Assembly: GCA_963845595.1 (NCBI GenBank) | Contig: CAWJSU010000003.1 | Coordinates: 353,045-417,044 of the forward strand | DNA: 64,000 bases | Direction: 5' to 3' | Origin: an uncultured Actinomycetota bacterium | GTDB taxonomy: Bacteria; Actinomycetota; Actinomycetes; Mycobacteriales; Mycobacteriaceae | Shown here: one piece after another, positions 1 to 8,698 of the stretch | Layout of the letters: each line of letters begins with the position of its first letter | How positions within the stretch are numbered: the first letter of the stretch is position 1 | Translations under genes and position numbers: made by a program | Notes under the pieces: generated by a model | Seen by the model: only the letters and a program-made list of their open reading frames with translations | The model's database searches: none | What the model was told of the DNA's origin: nothing

Positions 1-1404
1 GAGATCGGCAAACGCGACATCTACGCCGACAACCGGTTGGGGCTCTTCCCGTTCCGGCGCAACCTCACGTTCTACGCCGTCGACCTGGGGCTGCTGTCGT
101 ACAGCCATCCGGACCGGTTCCGAGACCTGTTGACCACGGTGTACCAACTCGTCGCGGACGACTCGCTGCCGGTACCGGAGTGCACGCACTACCCACTCGC
201 CGACGCCGCCACGGCCATTCGCCTGATGAGCGGCGCCCGGCACACCGGCAAGCTGGTGCTCGATGTCCCGCACGCCGGCCGGGGCCGCGTGGTGCTGCCG
301 CCGGACCAAGCCCCGGTCTTCAGGCGCGACGGCGCATACATCGTCACCGGCGGGCTAGGCGGCCTGGGGTTGTTTCTGGCCGAGAAGATGGCTTCTCCAG
401 GTTCCGGTCCAGGTTCCGGTCCAGGTTCCGGTCCGGGTTCCGGGATCGGCTGCGGGCGGATCGTGCTGTCCTCGCGCTCGCAGCCAACTCAGCGGGCGCT
501 GGAGACGATCGAGTGTATCCGCGCCATGGGTGCCGATGTCGTGGTGGAGTGTGGCGACATCACGGAACCCGGCACCGCGCAGCGGTTGGTTGCCGTTGCG
601 ACCGCCACCGGGCTTCGGGTGCGCGGCGTGCTGCATGCGGCGGGCGTGATCGAGGACGCAACACTGACCAATATCACCGACGAGCTCATCGAGCGCGACT
701 GGGCGCCAAAGGTTTTCGGTGCCTGGAACTTGCACCGCGCCCTGCAGGAGGCCGAGCAGCCGTTGGACTGGTTCTGCTCTTTCTCCTCGGCGGCCGCGAT
801 GGTGGGCTCGCCCGGACAAGGTGCCTACGCCGCGGCCAACAGCTGGCTGGACGCCTTCACGCTGTGGCGCCGGGCTCAACGCCTGCCGGCCACCTCGATC
901 GCATGGGGCGCGTGGGGCCAGATCGGGCGTGGCACCGCCCTGGCGGAGGGCGCCGGCCTTGCCATCACTCCCGACGAGGGCGCTTACGCGTTCGAGGCGC
1001 TGCTGCGCCACGACCGCGCCTGCACCGGCTACGCGCCGATCACGGGAACCCCGTGGCTGACCGCCTTCGCCCAACGCAGCCCGTTCGCCGAGGCGTTCCG
1101 GGCCTCCCGGCAAAACGCCGGGGGCACCAGCAAACTGCGCGCCGAGCTGGACGAGCTGCCCCTGGACGAGTGGCCCCTGCGGCTGCGGCGTCTGATCTCC
1201 GATCACGTCAGCCTGATCGTGCGTCACAGCATCGATCCCGACCGGCACCTCTCCGAGTGCGGCATCGACTCGCTGGGTGCCCTCGAACTATGCACCCGCA
1301 TCGAGACCGAAACGGGAATACGCGTCAGGGCCACCGAAATCACGACCATTCGGGGTTTGGCGGGATTGCTGTGCGAAAAGCTGGCGCCGGCGGAGACTGC
1401 TTGA
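1..1404 (+). CDS. Mas-like type I polyketide synthase, C-terminal part (end of ER, KR, ACP); 5'-truncated by window edge
   Basis: Frame open from base 1 ([17 protein letters not shown] end); KR motifs [41 protein letters not shown]; [13 protein letters not shown] with the phosphopantetheine Ser. Confidence 0.9.
   Translation, partial: EIGKRDIYADNRLGLFPFRRNLTFYAVDLGLLSYSHPDRFRDLLTTVYQLVADDSLPVPECTHYPLADAATAIRLMSGARHTGKLVLDVPHAGRGRVVLPPDQAPVFRRDGAYIVTGGLGGLGLFLAEKMASPGSGPGSGPGSGPGSGIGCGRIVLSSRSQPTQRALETIECIRAMGADVVVECGDITEPGTAQRLVAVATATGLRVRGVLHAAGVIEDATLTNITDELIERDWAPKVFGAWNLHRALQEAEQPLDWFCSFSSAAAMVGSPGQGAYAAANSWLDAFTLWRRAQRLPATSIAWGAWGQIGRGTALAEGAGLAITPDEGAYAFEALLRHDRACTGYAPITGTPWLTAFAQRSPFAEAFRASRQNAGGTSKLRAELDELPLDEWPLRLRRLISDHVSLIVRHSIDPDRHLSECGIDSLGALELCTRIETETGIRVRATEITTIRGLAGLLCEKLAPAETA
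397..444 (+). repeat. 12-bp tandem repeat (CCAGGTTCCGGT) x4, in frame, encoding (PGSG)4 in the KR domain
   Basis: Units at 397, 409, 421 and a degenerate one at 433. Confidence 0.9.
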
Positions 1405-1677
1405 GATCGGCGCGTGGGCTTAGCCTGAATCCGTGGACGGGCGGCTTCGTGGGGTCGTCGACATGGTTGCTTGCGGCTTTTCCTTGTCACGAGGGTTTTC
1501 GGGTCGGGCCTGGGATGGCGGGGTGGAGCGGCATTACGCCATCTGAAAGATTGCGAATCCCCTGTTCTCAAAACGTCGGGTCGATAGCGTTTGCAAGATG
1601 ATCCACGGAGCTCGGGGCGTCCGGCGCGGACCCCGACAAAACCGGCGCAACCCTGCGTTCCTCGAGACACCCCGACG

Positions 1678-3447
1678 ATGAGCGACGTGCTGCGATACCG
1701 GGTGGCGGTGCTGCCCGAACGCCATGAATTGGCGGTCACCATCACAGTCCCGTCCAGTGTCGGCGGCGTGACTTTACAACTTCAGTCGCCGACCTGGGTG
1801 CCTGGGGATTATTCGTTCAACCCATACGGCCGGGACGTGTTCGACGTCAAAGCCACGGACCTGGAAAGCGGCGCCGCGCTTGCGGTTCGACGGCAGGGAT
1901 GGCAGGGCCACGTTGTGCAGCGGGGCGGCGGCGACGTCGTGATCCACCACCGCGCCTACTGCTCCTCCTGGGAATTCAGCGAGGCGTGCGGCATCGTGGG
2001 TGATCGCGCCGCCGTCGTCACCGGGGCGCGCTATCTCTACGTCGGTGACTATGACGGCCCCTGCCAAGTGACCTACGACCTTCCGGAAGGTTGGGCACTA
2101 CATCACCCGTCCGGGGCTCTGCAGGTGAGGGAATTCACTTGGGAGTACCCCAGCTATCTGATCCTGCTCGACACACCGGTGTGCATGGGCAGCTTCGAGA
2201 AGCTCGTCAGTGATGTGCGCGGAACCGCCTTCTACCATGTCTTCATCGATGCGAGCGTGCTTGCGGCCGCCTCTCGACGTGGCTTCGTCGAACAGGTCGA
2301 CGCCGTCAGCACCCGCTACCACACGATGTTCGGGGGCTTCCCGTTCGAGGACTACACCTTCATCTATGGCTGTAATCCCAAGGCGGACTGGGGACTTGAG
2401 CACCTCACGTCGACCATGGTCGGCCTGGACGTGAACGTGTTCACCAACAATGACGCGAAGGCCACCGGCATCCGCACCTGCGCCCACGAACTTTTTCACG
2501 CCTGGAACGTCCGCCGGCTGCGCCCCGCCCCCCTCGAGCACCTGGATCTGGTCGGCGGGGACTTCACCGACGGGCTCTGGCTGGCCGAAGGATTTACCCG
2601 CTACTACGAATTCCTCACCTGCACCCGCACCGGCGTCTACACACCGGAGCAGTTCTTCAGCACGGTCGTCAACTATTACCGGCACCTGGAAGTGCTGCCC
2701 GCCTACCACCAGGTCAGCGCGGTCGATGCCTCGCTGGCGACCTTCCTCAATCACGGCAAAAAGTACCCGGGGCGGGTCAACAACTGCATCGACTACTACG
2801 ACAAAGGAATGCTCATCGCTTTCGGCGCTGACAGCGTTTTGCGCGCCGACAATTCCGGCACCCTGGATGAGGCCTTCGCCAACTTTTACACACGCTTTGC
2901 CGGACGCGGCGCCGGCTACACCTGCGCCGAGGTGCGGGATTTTTTCGAGGAGGTCCACCCCGGGCTGGGCTCACGGTTGTACAGGGAAGCCACCGAAGTC
3001 GCCGGATTGGATGTGGCTGGCCTGCTTGGCCGGCTCGGTTTCCGCGTGGACTACGAGACGGTTCCCTACCTCGGGCTCGTTCTGGCCAACGACACCGGCC
3101 CCGTCATTTACGGGGTCCTCGACACCGGCCCGGCCGCCGCGACCGGCATCGCCCCCGAGGACGTTGTGATCGCGATCGACGGCCTGTCCTTCGACTGCGA
3201 CGCGTTGAAGTGGGCGATCGGCAATCAGCAGAAGGTCGGGCTCACCGTGTCCCGGGGTAACCAGATCCTCACCTACCACACCGGCGTCAGACCGCGATCA
3301 CAGATCGGCCAGCTCAGCTGGATCGGGGACCAACAGCAGGCCAACCTCATCCAGGCGTGGCTTGACCAGGAATTCCACCCCGCGTCGGAGCAGGTGTTCC
3401 CGCTCGACTTCTACTCCAACTTCCACGGCCTCGAGACCGTGCTCTGA
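1678..3447 (+). CDS. M61 family (glycyl) aminopeptidase with C-terminal PDZ domain
   Basis: N-terminal SPTWVPGDY motif, GLEHLTST, zinc motif AHELFHAWNVRRLRP, LWLAEGFTRYY, YYDKG, PDZ-like GPAAATGIAPEDVVIAIDG; ATG at 1678 preferred over the TTG at 1591. Confidence 0.88.
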   Translation: MSDVLRYRVAVLPERHELAVTITVPSSVGGVTLQLQSPTWVPGDYSFNPYGRDVFDVKATDLESGAALAVRRQGWQGHVVQRGGGDVVIHHRAYCSSWEFSEACGIVGDRAAVVTGARYLYVGDYDGPCQVTYDLPEGWALHHPSGALQVREFTWEYPSYLILLDTPVCMGSFEKLVSDVRGTAFYHVFIDASVLAAASRRGFVEQVDAVSTRYHTMFGGFPFEDYTFIYGCNPKADWGLEHLTSTMVGLDVNVFTNNDAKATGIRTCAHELFHAWNVRRLRPAPLEHLDLVGGDFTDGLWLAEGFTRYYEFLTCTRTGVYTPEQFFSTVVNYYRHLEVLPAYHQVSAVDASLATFLNHGKKYPGRVNNCIDYYDKGMLIAFGADSVLRADNSGTLDEAFANFYTRFAGRGAGYTCAEVRDFFEEVHPGLGSRLYREATEVAGLDVAGLLGRLGFRVDYETVPYLGLVLANDTGPVIYGVLDTGPAAATGIAPEDVVIAIDGLSFDCDALKWAIGNQQKVGLTVSRGNQILTYHTGVRPRSQIGQLSWIGDQQQANLIQAWLDQEFHPASEQVFPLDFYSNFHGLETVL

Positions 3448-3532
3448 CATTGCATCGGCGGCGACCAGGCAGCTGGGACACAGCCCAGCCCCGCTTACCA
3501 TTTCGCCGGCAGGTTGTTCCACGTGCGCGCCC

Positions 3533-4690
3533 TCAGCCGGCGTGAATGCGTGCTGGGGGCAGTCGGTTCGGCATGCCCAGCTGGGTACCCGTGCGTCTGC
3601 GCCGCCAGAACGGTGAGCCCGCCCACCGTTGCTCGAGCTGATAGAAGTGGTTGCGGTTGGCTGTGTACTCTTCGAAATCGGCCGACACCGCCGCCGCATA
3701 GTCGGGGCCTGGGTCTTGGTCGGAGGACAATGCTTCGGTGAGGAAATCTGCCGCGCGCAGGCCGTTTTCGAGTGCGTGTTGAATGCCGAGTGAAGACAGG
3801 GGGTCGTGGCACGCGGCGGCATCGCCCACCGCCAGCCAGCGGGTGCCGGCGACCCGATCGAGCAGGTAGGAGACGCCGGCTCGGACGGTGAGGCTGCCGC
3901 GCAGAAAGCGGCAGCCGTCGAGCCGGGCGGCGATGTGCCGGGTGCCCAGCAGTGCGGCCAGCCACGTCTGGTCTCGAGCCAGCGCCTGCCGGCGCACGAT
4001 GTCGGGGTCTGAGGCGAAAGCCACTGCGAGCCGGCGGCGTGGCAGCGGCGCTGCATACCACCAGCCGTCTTCGACGGCTTCGAGCATGGTCAATTGCAGC
4101 GATGACGATCCGCTCGAGGTGTCGAAGAACCCGTAGATGAAGGTCAAACGATCAAGTAGACGCGGTGCGGCGCCCGCGCGTCGAGCCACCGCCGCGCGGT
4201 TTCCGGCTGCGTCAACAACGAAGCGCGCATCGATCGACCCGCGGGCGCCGCGACCATCCTGAACTTGAAGTCGCATGGAGTCAGGATAATCCTCGGAGCA
4301 GCCGATCACGGTGCCCGAATAATGCTGTACACCAGATGCTTTCGCTTGCAACAACAGGAAGGCGTCGAAGCGCGGCCGGTCCAGATGCCATCCCGGCCCG
4401 TAGGGACTGAGAAGAAAATCGTTGTGCCCCAGCGTGTCGCTGCCCCAACTTGAGCAGCTACCCAAGCACGGTTCGTGGCCGTCCTGACGGAAAGCCTCCC
4501 AGAGCTCCAGCTTGCTCAGGACAACGCTGGCCGCGGGTACCAAAGTCTCCCCGACACGTGGCCGGTGATGGACCGCAGGGTCGATCACGCAGATGTTGGT
4601 AAACCCCCGGCGCCGCAGCGCTATTGCGGTCGCACATCCCGCGGGTCCGCCGCCGACGACCGCAACGTCATAGATCTGCTGTGCGCTCAG
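3533..4690 (-). CDS. LodB/GoxB-type FAD-dependent oxidoreductase (probable CTQ cofactor maturation flavoprotein)
   Basis: YDVAVVGGGPAG Rossmann motif, GETL, GWHLDRPRFD, FVVDAAG, GWWYAAPLP, WLAVGDAA.CHDPLSSLGI; directly downstream of a LodA-like gene; start uncertain (CTG 4690 or GTG 4762). Confidence 0.8.
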   Translation of the reverse strand: MSAQQIYDVAVVGGGPAGCATAIALRRRGFTNICVIDPAVHHRPRVGETLVPAASVVLSKLELWEAFRQDGHEPCLGSCSSWGSDTLGHNDFLLSPYGPGWHLDRPRFDAFLLLQAKASGVQHYSGTVIGCSEDYPDSMRLQVQDGRGARGSIDARFVVDAAGNRAAVARRAGAAPRLLDRLTFIYGFFDTSSGSSSLQLTMLEAVEDGWWYAAPLPRRRLAVAFASDPDIVRRQALARDQTWLAALLGTRHIAARLDGCRFLRGSLTVRAGVSYLLDRVAGTRWLAVGDAAACHDPLSSLGIQHALENGLRAADFLTEALSSDQDPGPDYAAAVSADFEEYTANRNHFYQLEQRWAGSPFWRRRRTGTQLGMPNRLPPARIHAG

Positions 4691-7600
4691 TGAATGGCCC
4701 CCATCCCGTAGATCTTTCCCGTGGGATGCAGGTCGACCATGGCCGACGGCGTGGTGAGCCACATAGTGAACGGCACTTCCCCCACCAGCTTCGCGCCATC
4801 TTTGATCCAATCGCGCACAACGTCGCGGTAGGTCCCGGTCAGCGGCGATTTGGCGTTGAGGCCAAATGCTTCGCCCATCGGCCCTTTCGGGGCGATCAGT
4901 TGGGTGAAGAAGCGGCTTTGCGCCGGCTTTCCGCGTGTGATCATCCCGTTTTCGGGCAGCGCCAGAGCCTCCATGAGCGCGTGATTAGATTGTTCGAACC
5001 ACCACGTCATGGTGTGCGCGACACCGTCTGGATCGAACAACATCACGGTTCGATGGCCCGGGACACCCTGTTGTACTTCCCGGAGTTGGGTGATGAGTTC
5101 ATCCATGGCCAGAGGCGCCGGCAGTCCTGTTGGGGTGGGCGGCGGGGTTTGGGCCAGCGATTGCGTGTAAGCCGCCCATAGTGCGATTTCGTCGTCGGTG
5201 AATACCCGAAACATCGGGCCGGTCTCGAAGTTCATCGCGGCGTGCAACCGGCTGTTGGCCCAGTCGCCGGGGGTGATCCAGGCGTAGCGCACTAGGGCAT
5301 CCAGGAATCCGGATGGGTTGGAGAACCATTCGTCAATTCGGCTGGGGCCAAGCATGCGCTGTTGATGATTGCGGCTGCCGTAGGGCGCCTTTCGGCGGAT
5401 CATCTCGATCACTTGGTCGCGCAGCAGAGGTGGCTTGTCGGGATGGACTAGGTTCTTGAGTTTCTGACCGAACGAGTTTTCGGGGTCAAACGGAATGCCC
5501 CCAAAGGCCACGAACCCGTTCCAGATTCGCCGCCACCTGCTCTGAACACCCTTCTCTCCGCCATGGGTCCGCATGATTTGCAGCGACAGGCGCACGGCGT
5601 CGGCGGCACGTCGACCATGGCCGTTCACGGAGTTATCGATACCGATATGCATGACATAGAAGTGGGGATCAATCCCGTGGTATTTCAGCAGGTCTCGCGT
5701 CGGCTTGAGTTGCACGACATCCCATTCCAGCATCAGGGTCATGCCGAGGATCTCGGGATAGTACTCCTCGGTGAACTGCGAGATCGCCAACTGGAACGCC
5801 GGTACCAGGAAAGCGCTGTCAATGAACTGCGGGTCGAACGCAAAATCGCGGCTTTCGATGGGCGGCGGGTAGAAGCCGACGCTGTGGCACAGATCCCGGT
5901 AAATGTTGCAGTGGTTCTTGGCGATTTCGCCGTCGCCGAGCTCGTCCATGAAAATGGAGTACAGGATCGCCTGCACATCGTCCATCGGGCCGGTGCGGCC
6001 GATGTTTCGCAGCCACGCACCGTCGACGAGGTTGAACGGGGCCCACTGTTTGATCCGGGTGACGACATCGTCGTAGCTGCGAAAGACCGGGTCTGCTCCC
6101 GGATCGCTGTTGTCGGCCTCATCGACGAATCGTTGATAGATCAGCTCAAGGCGCTCCTGGAAGTCCTGCTCTGAGTAGCGGAAGAAGAGCTGATCTGCCG
6201 GGCACTTGTTGGGAGAGTTGGAAAACTCCTCGGCCTGTTTCAGCCAGTAATCAACGTAGGCGCGTGCGTCATCAAGAACTTCGGGATGGTTATTGACGTT
6301 CAGCAGCTTGTAGAACAGCTCCCGCGGGTCGTATTGGCTCGGATCCGGTTTATCCATATCCGTGCTGCTCGACAGGTTCGGAAAGGCTGCCACCGGTGTG
6401 CGCCCGGTGTCATCGAGCTGGCTTGCCACTTCGAGATACCACTGCGGTTCCAACGAAGGGTGGTGCTGATCGATTGCGGGCGCCTGCAGGACCACGCCGA
6501 TGCGGTGCCAATTTTTGAGCATGTCGCGGCGTTCTTGAAAGCGTCCCCAGTTCTCGGCGTCGTATGCGTCGGTACCCTCACCGCGAACCGACCAGAGCTG
6601 CTTGCCCAGCACGGGGGCTTTGGTTCCATCGGGCAGCACACCCAGGGTGACGTCGGCGGCCGCGTAGACGGCGACCGGACGCTGGGCCGGCCATGACCAG
6701 AACAGGGTCCGATTGCCTTTTGGATTGGGGTCGGGCGGATGGGTGGCGCAGGAGTTGTAATCGGTGTGCCAGGGCAGCGCCATGAATTTGGTCAGGTCGC
6801 CGGGCTCCAGCCCCTCATCATTGTGCCGGGGAACGTAACCGCACGACAGGACGGGCCCGGCGGCGTCGTGGCCGGGGTCGTAGTTGAGGTTTTTGCTCTT
6901 GACCCGAAACGGGCCCGCTCCCGACGTTTGCCACGGCTGGACATACAGTTTCGGCTCCCGCATGACGAAGGTGAGGTCGATGCCCGGGCTGAAACGCCCG
7001 CCCAGGCAGTTGACGAAAGTCGCCTTGTCCAGTGCTTCACCCGGGCCCAGCGCGTGACCGGATCCCGGGGCGAAATGGTCGAAACCTTCGCTCCAGCGCT
7101 GCAGGAAGAAGTACTGGGTCCGGCGCAACGTCAGGAAGGAATCCTGTCCCTCGCCGAGGTGCAACGGCATCAACGACGTGTTGGCTTGGTCGTCAGGGCA
7201 CCCCGGAGTACGAAATACCGCCTTGATTCCGGCAAGCTCTGTGGCGGTCGGATCGTCTTTTGCGGTAATGTCCGCCAGCCGTTTGTGAGCCGATATGGCG
7301 TGCGCGTTGAGGTTCGTTGTCCAGTGCTGCAGCACGGCGCTTTGGAAAATCGGTGCGATTTGATCGTCGAACGTGGGCTTATACGAGTCCTGGTAGCCGC
7401 CGCGGGCGGCGTCGTAGATATCCGGGGCCAGGCCAAGCTGCCGCACCCAACAGTCGTAGACGTCGTCCCACAGCGACACAACGTTGAGGATCTGGGGTGC
7501 ATAAGCGGGATCGGTGGCAGCCACCCACGCGCCATGGGCGGTCACGCGGGTGCCGTCGTCGAAGACCACGGTGGCTGATACCGGGCCGTCGGAGGTGTCA

Positions 7601-8550
7601 TCGAACCACTGATCGTTGTTCACGTCATCGCACAGGTGAACCGGGGCCTTCGCCCCGAAGCCGGCGGCGCGGCCGTATCCACCGACAACCAGCAGCCGTC
7701 CGCCGTCATCGGTGAGCAACTCACCGAGAGTATCGATGGGGCCGGCAGGGCAGTCCATATCGGGGAATGAGTTGTCGGGAAACAACTTCGGATAGCGATC
7801 CAGAGAGACGACTTCGTGCCGGCCCGCGTCGTAATAGGACGCGGCGGTGGCGTCATCGAAATTGACCCGCGGCGCCGAGCGACCAGATACGGTCCGCGGG
7901 CCGGGATCGATGGTCAACTGCTGCAGCCGTACAGGATCATCGAGTACAGCGATCAGGCCCTTGACTGTTGGCTCGTTTGGCGGCGACGCCGGTGGCGTGC
8001 AATCGGCCGTTCCCTTGGGGAACTGCGGGTTTCGGATCTGGGGGTCTTTCTCTCCGGTGTAGGTCACCATCGGGCCTGCCTCGTCCAACCGAAAGGTGTT
8101 GGCTTTCTTGTTGGCCAGGTGCACTGTCCAGATGATGTCCTGCACGGTTTTCCCGTCGATGGTTGCGCCGATGAAGACTTCTGTTCCGTCCCCGCGGGGC
8201 CATGGTTCCTCGGCCAGCGAGGGGTAGGCGAAGATGCGGAAGCGGGCAGCCTGACGCTTGCGGGCTCCGTGACTGTCCCGCAAATCCGAGCTGCGGATCG
8301 TTTCGGGGCTGTCAGCGTTGGCGTCAGCGCGGATCGGCAGACCGCCCATCGCATCGAGTGAATCCAACGTCGGGGCACCGGCCATGGTTTCTGGGGCGAT
8401 GACATATTCCTCGCTATTGCCGACTCTGGCGATACCGATGGCCGGATGGATCCGGAAGGTACCCATCGGCGGGGTGCCGGATTTCTTTCGTGCTTTCGGC
8501 GCCGCGGCGGAGCTTGTCTTGCCGCTAGCTTTGCTCGCTTGCCTGGTCAC
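4687..8550 (-). CDS. LodA/GoxA family CTQ-dependent oxidase fused to an iron-containing redox enzyme (HDO, heme-oxygenase-like diiron) domain
   Basis: LodA motifs FRIHPAIGIARVGNS, RQAARFRIF, GELLTDDGGRLLVVGG, WFDDTSDGPV, PGDLTKFMALPWHTDYNSC, WSWPAQRP; HDO motifs VDGAW, DELGDG..NH, LEW, MHIGIDN..GH; GTG 8550 preceded by GGGAG. Confidence 0.85.
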   Translation of the reverse strand: MTRQASKASGKTSSAAAPKARKKSGTPPMGTFRIHPAIGIARVGNSEEYVIAPETMAGAPTLDSLDAMGGLPIRADANADSPETIRSSDLRDSHGARKRQAARFRIFAYPSLAEEPWPRGDGTEVFIGATIDGKTVQDIIWTVHLANKKANTFRLDEAGPMVTYTGEKDPQIRNPQFPKGTADCTPPASPPNEPTVKGLIAVLDDPVRLQQLTIDPGPRTVSGRSAPRVNFDDATAASYYDAGRHEVVSLDRYPKLFPDNSFPDMDCPAGPIDTLGELLTDDGGRLLVVGGYGRAAGFGAKAPVHLCDDVNNDQWFDDTSDGPVSATVVFDDGTRVTAHGAWVAATDPAYAPQILNVVSLWDDVYDCWVRQLGLAPDIYDAARGGYQDSYKPTFDDQIAPIFQSAVLQHWTTNLNAHAISAHKRLADITAKDDPTATELAGIKAVFRTPGCPDDQANTSLMPLHLGEGQDSFLTLRRTQYFFLQRWSEGFDHFAPGSGHALGPGEALDKATFVNCLGGRFSPGIDLTFVMREPKLYVQPWQTSGAGPFRVKSKNLNYDPGHDAAGPVLSCGYVPRHNDEGLEPGDLTKFMALPWHTDYNSCATHPPDPNPKGNRTLFWSWPAQRPVAVYAAADVTLGVLPDGTKAPVLGKQLWSVRGEGTDAYDAENWGRFQERRDMLKNWHRIGVVLQAPAIDQHHPSLEPQWYLEVASQLDDTGRTPVAAFPNLSSSTDMDKPDPSQYDPRELFYKLLNVNNHPEVLDDARAYVDYWLKQAEEFSNSPNKCPADQLFFRYSEQDFQERLELIYQRFVDEADNSDPGADPVFRSYDDVVTRIKQWAPFNLVDGAWLRNIGRTGPMDDVQAILYSIFMDELGDGEIAKNHCNIYRDLCHSVGFYPPPIESRDFAFDPQFIDSAFLVPAFQLAISQFTEEYYPEILGMTLMLEWDVVQLKPTRDLLKYHGIDPHFYVMHIGIDNSVNGHGRRAADAVRLSLQIMRTHGGEKGVQSRWRRIWNGFVAFGGIPFDPENSFGQKLKNLVHPDKPPLLRDQVIEMIRRKAPYGSRNHQQRMLGPSRIDEWFSNPSGFLDALVRYAWITPGDWANSRLHAAMNFETGPMFRVFTDDEIALWAAYTQSLAQTPPPTPTGLPAPLAMDELITQLREVQQGVPGHRTVMLFDPDGVAHTMTWWFEQSNHALMEALALPENGMITRGKPAQSRFFTQLIAPKGPMGEAFGLNAKSPLTGTYRDVVRDWIKDGAKLVGEVPFTMWLTTPSAMVDLHPTGKIYGMGAIH

Positions 8551-8698
8551 TGTCCGCTCCCGTCTTCTCAAATCCCAACTGCCTCAACCGAAAATCAGAA
8601 GGTCAAACCCCTGGCGCTACCGCGAACCGTCAATCGTGAGCCACGTCGGGATAGACGCCCGACCGTGTCCACACCGCAGACCGCGCCGGATCCGTTGA

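Noticed and set aside
3533-4690. Calling the flavoprotein a tryptophan halogenase
   Set aside because: It has GWWYAAP rather than the halogenase WxWxIP motif and sits directly after a LodA-like gene, so LodB/GoxB type fits better
4691-4810. 40-aa N-terminal extension of the flavoprotein given in the ORF track
   Set aside because: It overlaps the conserved lodA C-terminus in another frame and does not resemble a flavoprotein N-terminus
4687-8550. Assigning gene symbol lodA (lysine epsilon-oxidase) or goxA
   Set aside because: The substrate cannot be inferred; Cys-Trp spacing and the HDO fusion differ from both characterised enzymes
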